DNA of 64,000 nt. Origin: a virus. This document shows, in pieces, positions 18,697 through 28,120 of the stretch. The notes beneath the pieces are model-generated. The model had not been told where the DNA came from. It did not search any database and was given only the letters and a program-made list of their open reading frames with translations. Both the position numbers and the translations under genes were made by a program. The DNA lies in IMG/VR virus record IMGVR_UViG_3300045960_000114, positions 1-64,000 of that record; one strand, written 5' to 3'. Position 1 is the first letter of the stretch, and each line of letters opens with the position of its first letter.

Positions 18697-19399
18697 ATCG
18701 AAGTCTCAGCAGAGATTCATGTTTGCCGCCGAGGGACGTGGCGAGATCCCGAAGGGTACGGCTGAGCGGTGGGCGCGCCACACGAAGAACATCAAGAGTC
18801 TCCCAGAGAAAAAGAAGAAGAAGGAGGAGGACAACGTGAAGAAAAGTGAGCTGGTCCTGCAGAAGTACGCGAGTCTCATCTGCAGTCTTCCGGAGAGGAA
18901 ACGGAATGCAGTGATGGCCCAGCTGGTGTATCCGACGCAGGATACCCCGCTCAGCAAGATGGCCAGTGTTCTGGCAGCCCTGCCGGACAACGTCCAGATC
19001 AAGTTGGCGACCCTCGCCATTACGTCGAAGCGCAGTGGGTCGTTCATCAAGCAGTCCGCTGAAGTCATGCTCTGGCGCGAGAAGATCGCGCAGATCCCTA
19101 ACATGACCAAGCTCGAGAAGCGTGCGTTCTGGAACCTCCTGGCCCCGGCGGCTGGCTGGATTGGTCGGGATGCTCTGCCGTGGCTCGGCAAGCAGGTCGG
19201 CAGCGTTGGTAAGTGGCTGGGCGGTGGCAAGGGCGGCATTCTGGGCAATGCCGGCCAGTGGCTTGGTGGTGACGCTTCCAAGTACATGAGCGGACTTGGC
19301 AAGGACTTTGCCGGGCGCGGGTTAGAGGGAGCGATCGCTACTGCCGCCGGACAGGGCATGCGCCTTCCTAATCAGATGAAGAGCTGGCAGGCTCCTTAA
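18686..19399 (+). CDS. Putative virion internal protein (basic N-terminus, several KxA motifs, Gly-rich C-terminus)
   Basis: MPFKSKSQQRFMFAA N-terminus; KYA, KMA, KLA, KIA and KRA sites; SD GGAGG with GTG start. Confidence 0.6.
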   Translation: MPFKSKSQQRFMFAAEGRGEIPKGTAERWARHTKNIKSLPEKKKKKEEDNVKKSELVLQKYASLICSLPERKRNAVMAQLVYPTQDTPLSKMASVLAALPDNVQIKLATLAITSKRSGSFIKQSAEVMLWREKIAQIPNMTKLEKRAFWNLLAPAAGWIGRDALPWLGKQVGSVGKWLGGGKGGILGNAGQWLGGDASKYMSGLGKDFAGRGLEGAIATAAGQGMRLPNQMKSWQAP

Positions 19400-19414
19400 G
19401 CATACGGAGGCACA

Positions 19415-19837
19415 GTGGACGCTACTGCGCTGCGTAAGATGGCGTTCAAGATCGGCTTCCTGACCAAGTTGGCGGAAGCCGGTCTGACGCCACGCGACTT
19501 TCAAGAGAAACTGGCCATGCGGAGCGCGTCAGCAGGCGGCGATCCGACCCAGCTTCTTTACGATGTCGCCAAAGGCGGACTCGGCGAGGTTACTTCCGCC
19601 GGAAAACAGGGGATCGGTGCCGTCACTTCGGCTGCTTCCAACCTCCCGTCCTTGGCCGCTTATGGACTGACTGGCTTGCCAGTCGCCATCGGCGGCGGGC
19701 TGGGCGCGTTGGAGCAGCTTACTCAAGCACCTACCTCGCTGGACACTGAGTTGATCCGCAAGGCCGAGCAGATCGGCCTCTACAACCAGCTGATTAGGGA
19801 AATCCATGAGCGACGAAAGTCAAGGTCCGCTGTCTGA
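19415..19837 (+). CDS. Putative virion protein with glycine-zipper helix
   Basis: LRKMA, TKLA and EKLA motifs; GLTGLPVAIGGGLGAL. Confidence 0.6.
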   Translation: MDATALRKMAFKIGFLTKLAEAGLTPRDFQEKLAMRSASAGGDPTQLLYDVAKGGLGEVTSAGKQGIGAVTSAASNLPSLAAYGLTGLPVAIGGGLGALEQLTQAPTSLDTELIRKAEQIGLYNQLIREIHERRKSRSAV

Positions 19838-20258
19838 GCCGGTGATCCCTGCTTTGACAGACTCTCAGAAAGTCCATGGATTGGTAGGCGGCAACGGGCA
19901 TAAGCCGCCGAAGACAACTGATCCACGCCTGCTGGATCCTCATGGGATCCTGTCAGCGCCGAATGTCTTTCCTGGATTCAACAGCGTTCCATTTCGTGGC
20001 AGTGTTCCTGACCTGAAGGAAACTGATCCGGACCACAAGCAGCCCCAGGTTGGCGTGCAGGCGCATGTCGAGGTTTTGGCCACCAACAGCGCCGATGATC
20101 TGAAGCGGTACGAAGAGATCATGCAGATCATCGGAAACGGGTTCGGGCAGCTTGGCGCCGAGGATCGTCAGTACGACGACTCGATTAAGGGGTGGCGCAT
20201 TTTCGTCCGCTGGTGGGAACTGTACAGCTACGTTCCGAAGGGAAGAGCCAATGGCTGA
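19806..20258 (+). CDS. Hypothetical protein
   Basis: 150-aa ORF overlapping both neighbours. Confidence 0.65.
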   Translation: MSDESQGPLSEPVIPALTDSQKVHGLVGGNGHKPPKTTDPRLLDPHGILSAPNVFPGFNSVPFRGSVPDLKETDPDHKQPQVGVQAHVEVLATNSADDLKRYEEIMQIIGNGFGQLGAEDRQYDDSIKGWRIFVRWWELYSYVPKGRANG

Positions 20259-21096
20259 TAACTGGGAAGCCAAGTTGGAGGAGCAGCGCCAGCGTGCTGA
20301 CGCGCTTGCCCCGTCGTCCGAACAGGTCGCCAAGTTGAAGGCCATGGTACGGCTCAATCAGATCCGTGAGCAGGCGATGGGTGTCGGCGCAAACCTGCGA
20401 CTGGCTCAGCCACAGGTTGGCGTCTCCGACATTCTCAAGTATTACTCGGCCATGGATGTGCCCACGCGGTCCACCACTGTCACGCTGCCGGGGTTGAAGC
20501 AGGCAGGGGTGTTCGATTACCTGTCGCGGCCTATCGTGGATTCCATTCGCATGCGGGCGGCGGAAGCTGCGCGTATGGCGGACGAGGAACTGACTAAGGC
20601 TCCGACAGATGATCCCGAGTCGCTGCGCTGGTACCAGCCGCTGCAGATCATGGCGCACGGCAAGGGTGTGACGGAAGGCTGGCACCGGGCGAATGAGACT
20701 GAGGCGGCCAAGCAGCGTGCTGAGATGGAGCAGAAGGTCGAAGCAGCCAAGAAGATGTTTGATGAGGCGCTTCAATCCGAATACCGTGGCCGCAACAAGT
20801 CGGCATCTGCTAATGAGGTGATCGACCAGCTGGCCGATTCGCATGTGAAGCAGGGATTTGCTGATCTGAATTCTCTGATCCAGCTGTACGCTACCGGCGG
20901 CACATTGCTAGGTGCTGGTGCGCACCAGGCGGCGAAGGATTACGTCAAAGACACTGATCCGCGTGAAATGAAGCTACGAGCCATCAAGGAAGTTCTCCAC
21001 CAACGCATCCGTCAGCGCCCGCCCGTTGTGCACGTGTCGGTGCCGGAGCCCGACTCACAGGACGTTACGGACGCTGAAACGGCCACCAAGATCTGA
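20251..21096 (+). CDS. Hypothetical protein (KxA-containing)
   Basis: Start reassigned to the ATG at 20251; LKQA and NKSA motifs; GGTLLGAGA glycine-rich helix. Confidence 0.65.
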   Translation: MADNWEAKLEEQRQRADALAPSSEQVAKLKAMVRLNQIREQAMGVGANLRLAQPQVGVSDILKYYSAMDVPTRSTTVTLPGLKQAGVFDYLSRPIVDSIRMRAAEAARMADEELTKAPTDDPESLRWYQPLQIMAHGKGVTEGWHRANETEAAKQRAEMEQKVEAAKKMFDEALQSEYRGRNKSASANEVIDQLADSHVKQGFADLNSLIQLYATGGTLLGAGAHQAAKDYVKDTDPREMKLRAIKEVLHQRIRQRPPVVHVSVPEPDSQDVTDAETATKI

Positions 21097-21107
21097 GGGC
21101 TACGCGA

Positions 21108-24100
21108 ATGATGGGCGTGCCCGACAAGCCTGGGCTTAACCCGGCCACGAGCACCAAGCCGCTGGACTACACGCTTGGTTCCACACCGCCACCGCCTCAG
21201 GTGACGCATCGGTCGTTCACGGATTACCCTAAGATCCGACAGAACGTCTTCGACAACGCGCTCAAGGCGATGTCCGAGAAGTACCCGATTGAAAATCAAC
21301 GGCATCGATTGGAGCTGCGGGAGGCGAAGTACGAGGATCTGAACCCGTTCACCCTGAAGGACCAGAAGAAGGCCATCATGGAGGGCGGTACCCTCCAGAA
21401 GAAGATCCTGGGCACGTGGGCGCTCGTGGACAAGGCGACCGGCAAGGTAATGGACCAGAAGGCCACCACCGTCGCGCACGTGCCGTGGATGACCCAACGT
21501 GGTACGTTCATCTTTAATGGCAACGAGTACACGGTTGCCAACCAGATGCGACTGAAGCCCGGTATCTTCACCCGCGTGCGCGAGAACGGCGTTCTGGAAG
21601 CACACGTCAACGTCAAGCCTGGCACCGGCCCGTCCTTCCGCATCTACATGGAGCCGGATACCGGCGTCTTCAGGCTTGGCGTGGGGCAGTCCAACCTGAA
21701 GCTCTACCCCATCCTGCGTTCGATGGGCGTGTCCGATCACGATATCACGAAGCATTGGGGTCCGGAAATCCTTCAGAAGAATATCGAGGCCGAGGATCCG
21801 CGCGCGGTAGCCCGCGCATACATGCGACTGGTCAACGTCCGGTCTGAGGAGAGTGCCAAGGCTGAAGGCGCGGCGATGGATAAGGAAGCCTCCCTGTTTG
21901 GCGTGGACCCTGATTTTGACAAGGCGTACAGGGAAGGTTCGGAACTCACCAGCGACCTGTTCGACCCGCCGGCTGAAATATGGTCGCGGGTGTGCATCAA
22001 GAAGTCGCCCGTAGAGGGGAAGGGTCTGTTCGCCAGCCTCAACTTCGATGCCGGCGAGACCATCTTCCCTGCCTTCGTGTTCACCGGGATCGACAAGCAC
22101 AACGACAGCATCAAGCGGTCGGTTCCGGCACGCTGGCTGAACCATAGCGACACGCCGAATATCGAGTTGTACGAGGACGGAGACATCGTCTGGGCGCGTG
22201 CGCTGAAGCCCATTCAGGCTGGCGAGGAGCTGCTGCCGGATTACGTGCAGTCGCATGAAGCGGTCAATTCCTGGGTGAGCCGGCTGCTGCCGCTCCTCGA
22301 GAAGTCGGCCAAGATCGGCGCCCGGGAGAGTGATCGGCGCTGGACGAAGTTGTGGTACACGGGCCGGCTGATCCACTCCAGGCACAACCAGAAGGACTGG
22401 GTGCTGCTCAAGGTCCACAAAGGGCTGTGCGAGGCCACGTATGACTCGCTGAAGGCCGAGGGGATCGACTGCGAGCCCAAGTTCGACCAGCCGCACATCA
22501 GCATTATGCGCCCGGAGGAAGTCGAGCAGCTCAAGAAGAAGTTCGGCAATTCCTGGCAGGGTGCGGCCAAGATCGGCCATCCGATGCGTTTCAGCGTCAC
22601 CCGCATCGTGAATCTGGTGCCGGCGGGCTGGGACAAGTACGACCGCGTCTGGTTTCTTGAGTGCTCCTCGCCCGACCTGGAGAAGTACCGCGAGGACTTG
22701 GGGCTGCCCTGCCTCCCGCAGAACAACGAGAGCGGGCACGACATGCGCTTCCACATCACTGTGGCGGTGCATCCAAATACCGTGTCGAAGGCTGCGGAGC
22801 TGCTGTGCGAGAAGAGGGCTGCCGCGTTCGATGACGTTGGCTCCGGTACGAATGCTGTATCACCCAGGCCGGACAACCAGGGCAAGGCGCTGCTCGAGCA
22901 TTTCCAGAAGATGGAAGTCGACCCGGAGGTCACATCGGCCACGCTGGGTCAGGCGCACACCAACATTGGCATCCCTACGCTGATGCGTACCACGCAGAAG
23001 CTGATTAACGTCTCCCGCGAAACGGAAGACACGGATGACCGCGATTCGCTGTCTTTCCAGACGCTGCATGGTCCGGAGGACTTCTTTGCCGAACGTGTGA
23101 AGCGTGACGCGGGGATGATTGGTCGAAAGATGCTGTGGCGCGCGTCTGCTCGTGGGAACCTGAAGCATGTTCCCGCCGGTGTTCTGACCCCGCAGCTTCA
23201 TAGTGTGTTGCTCAACTCCGGCATGGGTATGCCGCTGGAAGAGACCAACCCGCTGGACATCTTTGACCAGAATCAACGTATTCTGCGGCTTGGCGAAGGC
23301 GCCATTCCATCCATCGAAGCAGTCCCTGATGAAGCACGCTCGGTTCAGCCGTCACACTTCGGGTTTATTGACCCGGTCAAGGCGCCTGAGTGCTATGACG
23401 AGGCGACTGAGGTCATGGTTGAGACTGGGTGGAAACCGTGGCCGAAGGTGACCGAATCTGACAGATTTGCTTGTCTCATTAATGGCAGGCTTGAGTATCA
23501 CCACGCTGACCGGTTGATCGCGGAGACCTACAAAGGACAGATGTATGGTGCGGATACTCAGACATTGAGTTATCTGGTAACGCCAAACCACCGCATGTGG
23601 GTGCGTCCTCAGGGGTCCACGAAGAAAGATTACAACCCGACTTACCGATTTGAGTTACCTGATGAGATTGTAGGCACAAACCGCCTATTCCGCTGCGGTG
23701 GGCATGCTCCAGTCGGCGGAACGCGAACTGGATTTACCCTTCCAGTAATTGAGGCGGATGGTAAGGAAAACCAGATTCACGGTAATCCACCTATTGGCTC
23801 CTCACTGAAGGTGTTCAAGGAAGTTGACATAAACGATTGGGCTGAGTTCATGGGGTGGTATCTCAGTGAGGGTAGTCTCAATGGGCAGTATGTAACTCGG
23901 ATTACCCAGTCGAACGTGGCGAACCCCGAGAACTGCTTGGCGATCAGTAGGCTTCTCAATCGATTACCTTTCACGTGGTGTTTCGTTGAAGGCGACACGT
24001 TCACCATCTCATCGAAACAACTGAATAGCTACCTCACACAGTTTGGGTTCTGTAACGATAAGTTTATCCCGAGTGAGATCTGGGAAGCCCCTGTTCTGGC

Positions 24101-27100
24101 GCGTGAGTTATTCTTGAGAGCGTTACTGGCTGGTGATGGGCGGACTAACAGGTACGGACGCAAGAGTCAGCTTTGCACTACCAGTCGGCGACTGGCTGAT
24201 GATGTGCAGCTTCTGGCATTTCAGTTGGGTCACTCTACTAGAATCTCGTTCGAGAAGGATGAGCGAAAAGATACGTACCTTGGATGTTATATCGTCAATA
24301 TCCACGCCAAGAATGAGCGTCTCGTTGTTGGTCGAAGCGCGTATCATCCCGACGGTCAATACCGTTCGGTAAACTATGACGGAAAGGTTTACTGCGCTAC
24401 CGTCCCTGGTGGTTTGTTGTACGTCAGGCGCGGTAACTCAGCTGGATTCTGGTGTGGTAACAGTGAGAAGATCGGCGTGGATCTGCGTGTCGCTCATGGC
24501 GCTGTCAAGGGATCTGACGGTCAGTTCTACACCACCGTGAAGAACGTCCAGAGCGGCGAGCGCGAACTGGTGTCGGCATCCAGCATGTCCAAGTCGGTCG
24601 TGGCATTCCCCGGCGAGATGAACCGAGACACGCCGAAGGTGCGGGCCATGGTCAACTCCAGGCGCGTGGAATACGTGCCTCGGGACGACGTGCAGTACGA
24701 GCTTCCTCATGGCTCAAACATGTTCGCCGCTGGCTCGAACATGGTGCCCATGATCGGCGGGATCAAGGGTGGCCGTCTGTTGATGGGTTCCAGAATGGTG
24801 ATTCAGGCGCTGCCGCTCAAAGGTGCGGAAGCACCGCTTGTCCGCAGCGCCGGCGAGGACGGGAACAGCTTCGAGAACCTCTACAGCGAGTACGTGGGGG
24901 CCGTTCGCGCCAAGGGGCACGGCGTCATCGAGCATGTGGATCCGGATAAGATGGTTGTCCGGTACAAGAACGGTGAGCGCGAGACACACGAGCTCTACAA
25001 CAACATGCCGTTCAACCGCAAGACACTGATCCACAGCACGCCACTCGTCAAGATCGGCGATACCGTGCGGCCCAACCAGCTCATGGTACACAGCAACTAC
25101 ACGGACAGGGAAGGCAACATCGCGCTGGGGCGCAACCTGCGCGTGGCCTACATGCCCTACCACGGCTCGAATTTCGAGGACGCCACTGTCATCAGCGAGT
25201 CGGCGGCCAAGAAGCTGTCCAGCGAGCACATGTACCAGGTCTCGCACGAAGTGGACAAGGACACGACGGTCGGGCGCAAGGAGTTCGTTTCCATCTTCCC
25301 GGCCAAATACCCGAAGGACGGGTTGAAGCATATCGACACCAATGGCGTTGTGAAGCCCGGTTCGATCGTCAAGCACGGCGACCCGCTGGTCCTGTCCATG
25401 CAGAAGGGCAAGATCGACGCACTGCATCGCGGGCACAGCCCGATGTGGTCCGACAAGACAACGGAATGGCATCACACGTCCGATGGGTTGGTCACCGACG
25501 TGGCGCCGACAAAGGATGGCGGCTGGAACATCATCGTCAAGTCGTACGCCCCCATGCAGGAAGGCGACAAGATGAGTGGCCGGTACGGGGACAAAGGTAT
25601 CGTCTCCAAGATCCTGCCCGACCATCAGATGGTGCATGACAAGGACGGCAGACCGTTTGACGTGATCCTGAACCCATTGGGAATTGTCTCTCGCATCAAT
25701 CCCAGTCAGGTTGTCGAAGCGGCGTTGGGCAAAGTGTCTGAACACACCGGCAAGCCGTACTCAATGCCTGCCTTCATGGAAGACGACTTGATCGGGCACG
25801 CGCAGAAGGAGCTGGCCAAACACGGGCTATCCGACACGGAAGACGTGTTTGACCCTACTACCGGGCGCAAGATCCCCAAGGTGTTCACGGGCAACCGCTT
25901 CATCATGAAGCTGCATCACACGGCTGAGTCCAAGGGCCGTGGGCGCGACATAGGTGGTTACACGGCTGAAGGGCTGCCCGCGCGCGGCGGCGAGGGTGGC
26001 AGTAAGCGAATTGGCCAGATGGAGCAGGCGGCGCTGCTGTCGCACGGCGCTACGGAAGTGCTGAAGGACGCGCAGATCGTACGCGGCCAGCGTAACGATG
26101 ATTGGTGGAGTTCGTTCAGGCGTGGGTTGCCGCCACCTTCCCCCAAGGTTCCCTTTGTCTACGACAAGTTCCTGAACTACATGAAGGGCGCCGGCATCAA
26201 CACCGACAAGCGCGGTGACCGGATTCACCTGATGGCGCTGACGGACAAGGACGTTGAGAAGATGTCGTCCGGGGCGATCACCAGCCGCGATACGGTGCGC
26301 GGTGATACGATGGAAGAGATCCCTGGTGGCTTGTTCGACCGACACATCACCGGGGGACATAATGGTGATCGGTGGGGTCACATCGCACTGGCAGAACCCC
26401 TGCCGAACCCCGTGTTCGAGGAGCCCATCAGGACTCTGTTAGGTCTAACAGCATCCAAGTTCTCTGATGTGCTGGCGGGCAAGGAGAAGCTGGGCGGCAA
26501 CACCGGTTCGAAGGCGATCTACACGGCGCTAAACAACATCAAGACCGGCGACGCGATCAAATATTACGAAGGCGTGATCAAGGACGGGCGCAAGTCGGCG
26601 CGCGATAAGGCCATTAAGGCGCTAGGCTACCTGCGCGGGCTGGAGAAGGGCAAGCTCAACCCGGTCGACCTGATGATGAGTAAGGTGCCGGTCGTGCCGC
26701 CCAACATGCGCCCCATCACGGTCTTCCGCAAGATGACCATGGTTGCGGACCCGAACTACCTGTACCGCGACCTGATGTTCTCCAATGATGCTTTCAAGGC
26801 GGTCAGGGATGAACTGGGCGAGGAGCACTCCGGCGATGAGCGACTCAACCTCTACAACTCCTTCAAGGCAACCACTGGACTTGGTGACCCAGTTCAAGCG
26901 AAAACCAAAGACAAAGGAGTGCGAGGGCTGCTTGCACACGTGTTCGGGTCGGGAAGTCCCAAGTTCGGCATGTTCCAGCGGCGCGTGCTGTCGTCATCGG
27001 TCGACGAAGTCGGGCGGGCCACAATCACCGTCAACCCCGAACTCAACATGGACGAAGTGGGATTGCCCGAACCAAAGGCATGGGTGATCTACCGTCCGTT

Positions 27101-27608
27101 CATCACCAGGCGTCTCGTGCGGCGCGGTATGCCAATGTTGCAGGCGGCCAAGGAAGTAGCCAACCAGTCGAGGGTGGCGCGTGACGCGATGATGGAAGAG
27201 ATCACGCAGCGCCCGGTCATCATCAACCGTGCGCCGGTGTTGCACCGGTACGGGTTCATGGCAGCGTGGCCCAAGCTGGTCAAGGGCGAGACGCTACATG
27301 TACCACCGGTGGTTTGCAGCGGCTTTAACGCGGATTTTGATGGCGACAACATGAACTACCACGTTCCCGCTACGGACGGAGCCGTCAAGGACGCTGTTGA
27401 AAAGATGATGCCGTCGCGTAATCTTAGGTCTGTCAGGAACTTCGGTGTGCAGTACACCCCGAAGAACGAGTTCCTACTGGGACTCTACCTGGCCTCGAAG
27501 GCCGACAACAAGAACGAGCCTAAGGTCTTCGCCAACAAGAAGGCCGTGATGGATGCCTGGAAGCGCGGCGAGATTGACGTAGGTGACCGCATCGTAACGA
27601 GGGATTGA
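21108..27608 (+). CDS. rpoBC: DNA-directed RNA polymerase beta fused to beta-prime N-half, with embedded SET domain, 2H phosphoesterase and intein
   Basis: beta: GTFIFNGNEY..NQMRLKPG, GDKMSGRYGDKGIVS, GGSKRIGQME. beta-prime: GGLFD..RWGHI, VPVVPPNMRP, NRAPVLHR, FNADFDGDNM catalytic motif. Confidence 0.95.
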   Translation: MMGVPDKPGLNPATSTKPLDYTLGSTPPPPQVTHRSFTDYPKIRQNVFDNALKAMSEKYPIENQRHRLELREAKYEDLNPFTLKDQKKAIMEGGTLQKKILGTWALVDKATGKVMDQKATTVAHVPWMTQRGTFIFNGNEYTVANQMRLKPGIFTRVRENGVLEAHVNVKPGTGPSFRIYMEPDTGVFRLGVGQSNLKLYPILRSMGVSDHDITKHWGPEILQKNIEAEDPRAVARAYMRLVNVRSEESAKAEGAAMDKEASLFGVDPDFDKAYREGSELTSDLFDPPAEIWSRVCIKKSPVEGKGLFASLNFDAGETIFPAFVFTGIDKHNDSIKRSVPARWLNHSDTPNIELYEDGDIVWARALKPIQAGEELLPDYVQSHEAVNSWVSRLLPLLEKSAKIGARESDRRWTKLWYTGRLIHSRHNQKDWVLLKVHKGLCEATYDSLKAEGIDCEPKFDQPHISIMRPEEVEQLKKKFGNSWQGAAKIGHPMRFSVTRIVNLVPAGWDKYDRVWFLECSSPDLEKYREDLGLPCLPQNNESGHDMRFHITVAVHPNTVSKAAELLCEKRAAAFDDVGSGTNAVSPRPDNQGKALLEHFQKMEVDPEVTSATLGQAHTNIGIPTLMRTTQKLINVSRETEDTDDRDSLSFQTLHGPEDFFAERVKRDAGMIGRKMLWRASARGNLKHVPAGVLTPQLHSVLLNSGMGMPLEETNPLDIFDQNQRILRLGEGAIPSIEAVPDEARSVQPSHFGFIDPVKAPECYDEATEVMVETGWKPWPKVTESDRFACLINGRLEYHHADRLIAETYKGQMYGADTQTLSYLVTPNHRMWVRPQGSTKKDYNPTYRFELPDEIVGTNRLFRCGGHAPVGGTRTGFTLPVIEADGKENQIHGNPPIGSSLKVFKEVDINDWAEFMGWYLSEGSLNGQYVTRITQSNVANPENCLAISRLLNRLPFTWCFVEGDTFTISSKQLNSYLTQFGFCNDKFIPSEIWEAPVLARELFLRALLAGDGRTNRYGRKSQLCTTSRRLADDVQLLAFQLGHSTRISFEKDERKDTYLGCYIVNIHAKNERLVVGRSAYHPDGQYRSVNYDGKVYCATVPGGLLYVRRGNSAGFWCGNSEKIGVDLRVAHGAVKGSDGQFYTTVKNVQSGERELVSASSMSKSVVAFPGEMNRDTPKVRAMVNSRRVEYVPRDDVQYELPHGSNMFAAGSNMVPMIGGIKGGRLLMGSRMVIQALPLKGAEAPLVRSAGEDGNSFENLYSEYVGAVRAKGHGVIEHVDPDKMVVRYKNGERETHELYNNMPFNRKTLIHSTPLVKIGDTVRPNQLMVHSNYTDREGNIALGRNLRVAYMPYHGSNFEDATVISESAAKKLSSEHMYQVSHEVDKDTTVGRKEFVSIFPAKYPKDGLKHIDTNGVVKPGSIVKHGDPLVLSMQKGKIDALHRGHSPMWSDKTTEWHHTSDGLVTDVAPTKDGGWNIIVKSYAPMQEGDKMSGRYGDKGIVSKILPDHQMVHDKDGRPFDVILNPLGIVSRINPSQVVEAALGKVSEHTGKPYSMPAFMEDDLIGHAQKELAKHGLSDTEDVFDPTTGRKIPKVFTGNRFIMKLHHTAESKGRGRDIGGYTAEGLPARGGEGGSKRIGQMEQAALLSHGATEVLKDAQIVRGQRNDDWWSSFRRGLPPPSPKVPFVYDKFLNYMKGAGINTDKRGDRIHLMALTDKDVEKMSSGAITSRDTVRGDTMEEIPGGLFDRHITGGHNGDRWGHIALAEPLPNPVFEEPIRTLLGLTASKFSDVLAGKEKLGGNTGSKAIYTALNNIKTGDAIKYYEGVIKDGRKSARDKAIKALGYLRGLEKGKLNPVDLMMSKVPVVPPNMRPITVFRKMTMVADPNYLYRDLMFSNDAFKAVRDELGEEHSGDERLNLYNSFKATTGLGDPVQAKTKDKGVRGLLAHVFGSGSPKFGMFQRRVLSSSVDEVGRATITVNPELNMDEVGLPEPKAWVIYRPFITRRLVRRGMPMLQAAKEVANQSRVARDAMMEEITQRPVIINRAPVLHRYGFMAAWPKLVKGETLHVPPVVCSGFNADFDGDNMNYHVPATDGAVKDAVEKMMPSRNLRSVRNFGVQYTPKNEFLLGLYLASKADNKNEPKVFANKKAVMDAWKRGEIDVGDRIVTRD
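21993..22247 (+). other. SET domain embedded in RNAP beta
   Basis: All three canonical SET motifs: KSPVEGKGLFA, RWLNHSDTPN, GEELLPDY. Confidence 0.88.
22311..22790 (+). other. 2H phosphoesterase domain embedded in RNAP beta
   Basis: Two H-x-[ST] motifs, PHISI (His codon at 22494) and FHITV (His codon at 22752), about 86 aa apart. Confidence 0.75.
23391..24461 (+). mobile_element. Intein (357 aa) with LAGLIDADG homing endonuclease
   Basis: Starts CYDEATEV; block B VTPNH; endonuclease blocks FMGWYLSEGS and FLRALLAGDG; ends GFWCGN followed by Ser. Visibly lower GC than the flanks. Confidence 0.93.
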
Positions 27609-27632
27609 CGGCCTGACTTACTGGAGACACCC

Positions 27633-27920
27633 ATGGCGAAACAAGATCTTCTTCAGATTCTGAAATCAGCGTGTGCGACGAACTGCTCGCCGATGCCTAA
27701 GAAGAAAAAGGCAACGATGGAGAAGAAAGCGCCGCCCGCCCCAGTAAAGACTGCGCAGCTGACAAAGGAGGAGGCGCTTGCGAAAGCGGCTTCCCTGGCG
27801 GTCATGTTGAAGGCCGGAGTGAAGGACGGTACTGAGAAGCGTGCAGCACTGAACAAGATCATTGCGGCTGAAGGCGTTGATGCATCACTCAATGCCGTTT
27901 TGAAATACCTCGAGGGATGA
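27633..27920 (+). CDS. Small basic KxA-rich protein
   Basis: ILKSA, VKTA, LAKAA and EKRAA in 95 aa; SD GGAG. Confidence 0.65.
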   Translation: MAKQDLLQILKSACATNCSPMPKKKKATMEKKAPPAPVKTAQLTKEEALAKAASLAVMLKAGVKDGTEKRAALNKIIAAEGVDASLNAVLKYLEG

Positions 27921-28120
27921 ACGCGCGCGCGTACTTAGTCAAACGGGCGCTGCCTGATCCGTTGGGGTTTCAGATGCGGCGACCGTTTCACGACCCGCGA
28001 CCGAATGAGTTCACGCGGGACGACCAGAGGTTTTTGCAGCAGCTTCTCGCGAAGCTGCCACCGATCAACCGGCGACCGGTGAAGGCCAGGATACACGGAA
28101 GAAGCGAGGTGGACGGATGA
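27917..28120 (+). CDS. Small protein with MNARAYLVKRA leader
   Basis: ATGA overlaps on both sides; leader shared with other ORFs. Confidence 0.65.
   Translation: MNARAYLVKRALPDPLGFQMRRPFHDPRPNEFTRDDQRFLQQLLAKLPPINRRPVKARIHGRSEVDG

Noticed and set aside
21012-22772. 586-aa minus-strand ORF, and similar long antisense ORFs at 24714-25745, 40227-41072, 42379-43770 and 50915-52297
   Set aside because: They mirror strongly GC3-biased plus-strand genes with clear motifs. They have no SD sequences or recognisable domains and are typical shadow ORFs.
21882-22830. SET/2H insert as a second intein or an intron
   Set aside because: No Hint-domain motifs, no Cys/Ser start or Asn end, and the reading frame is continuous with genome-typical codon usage.
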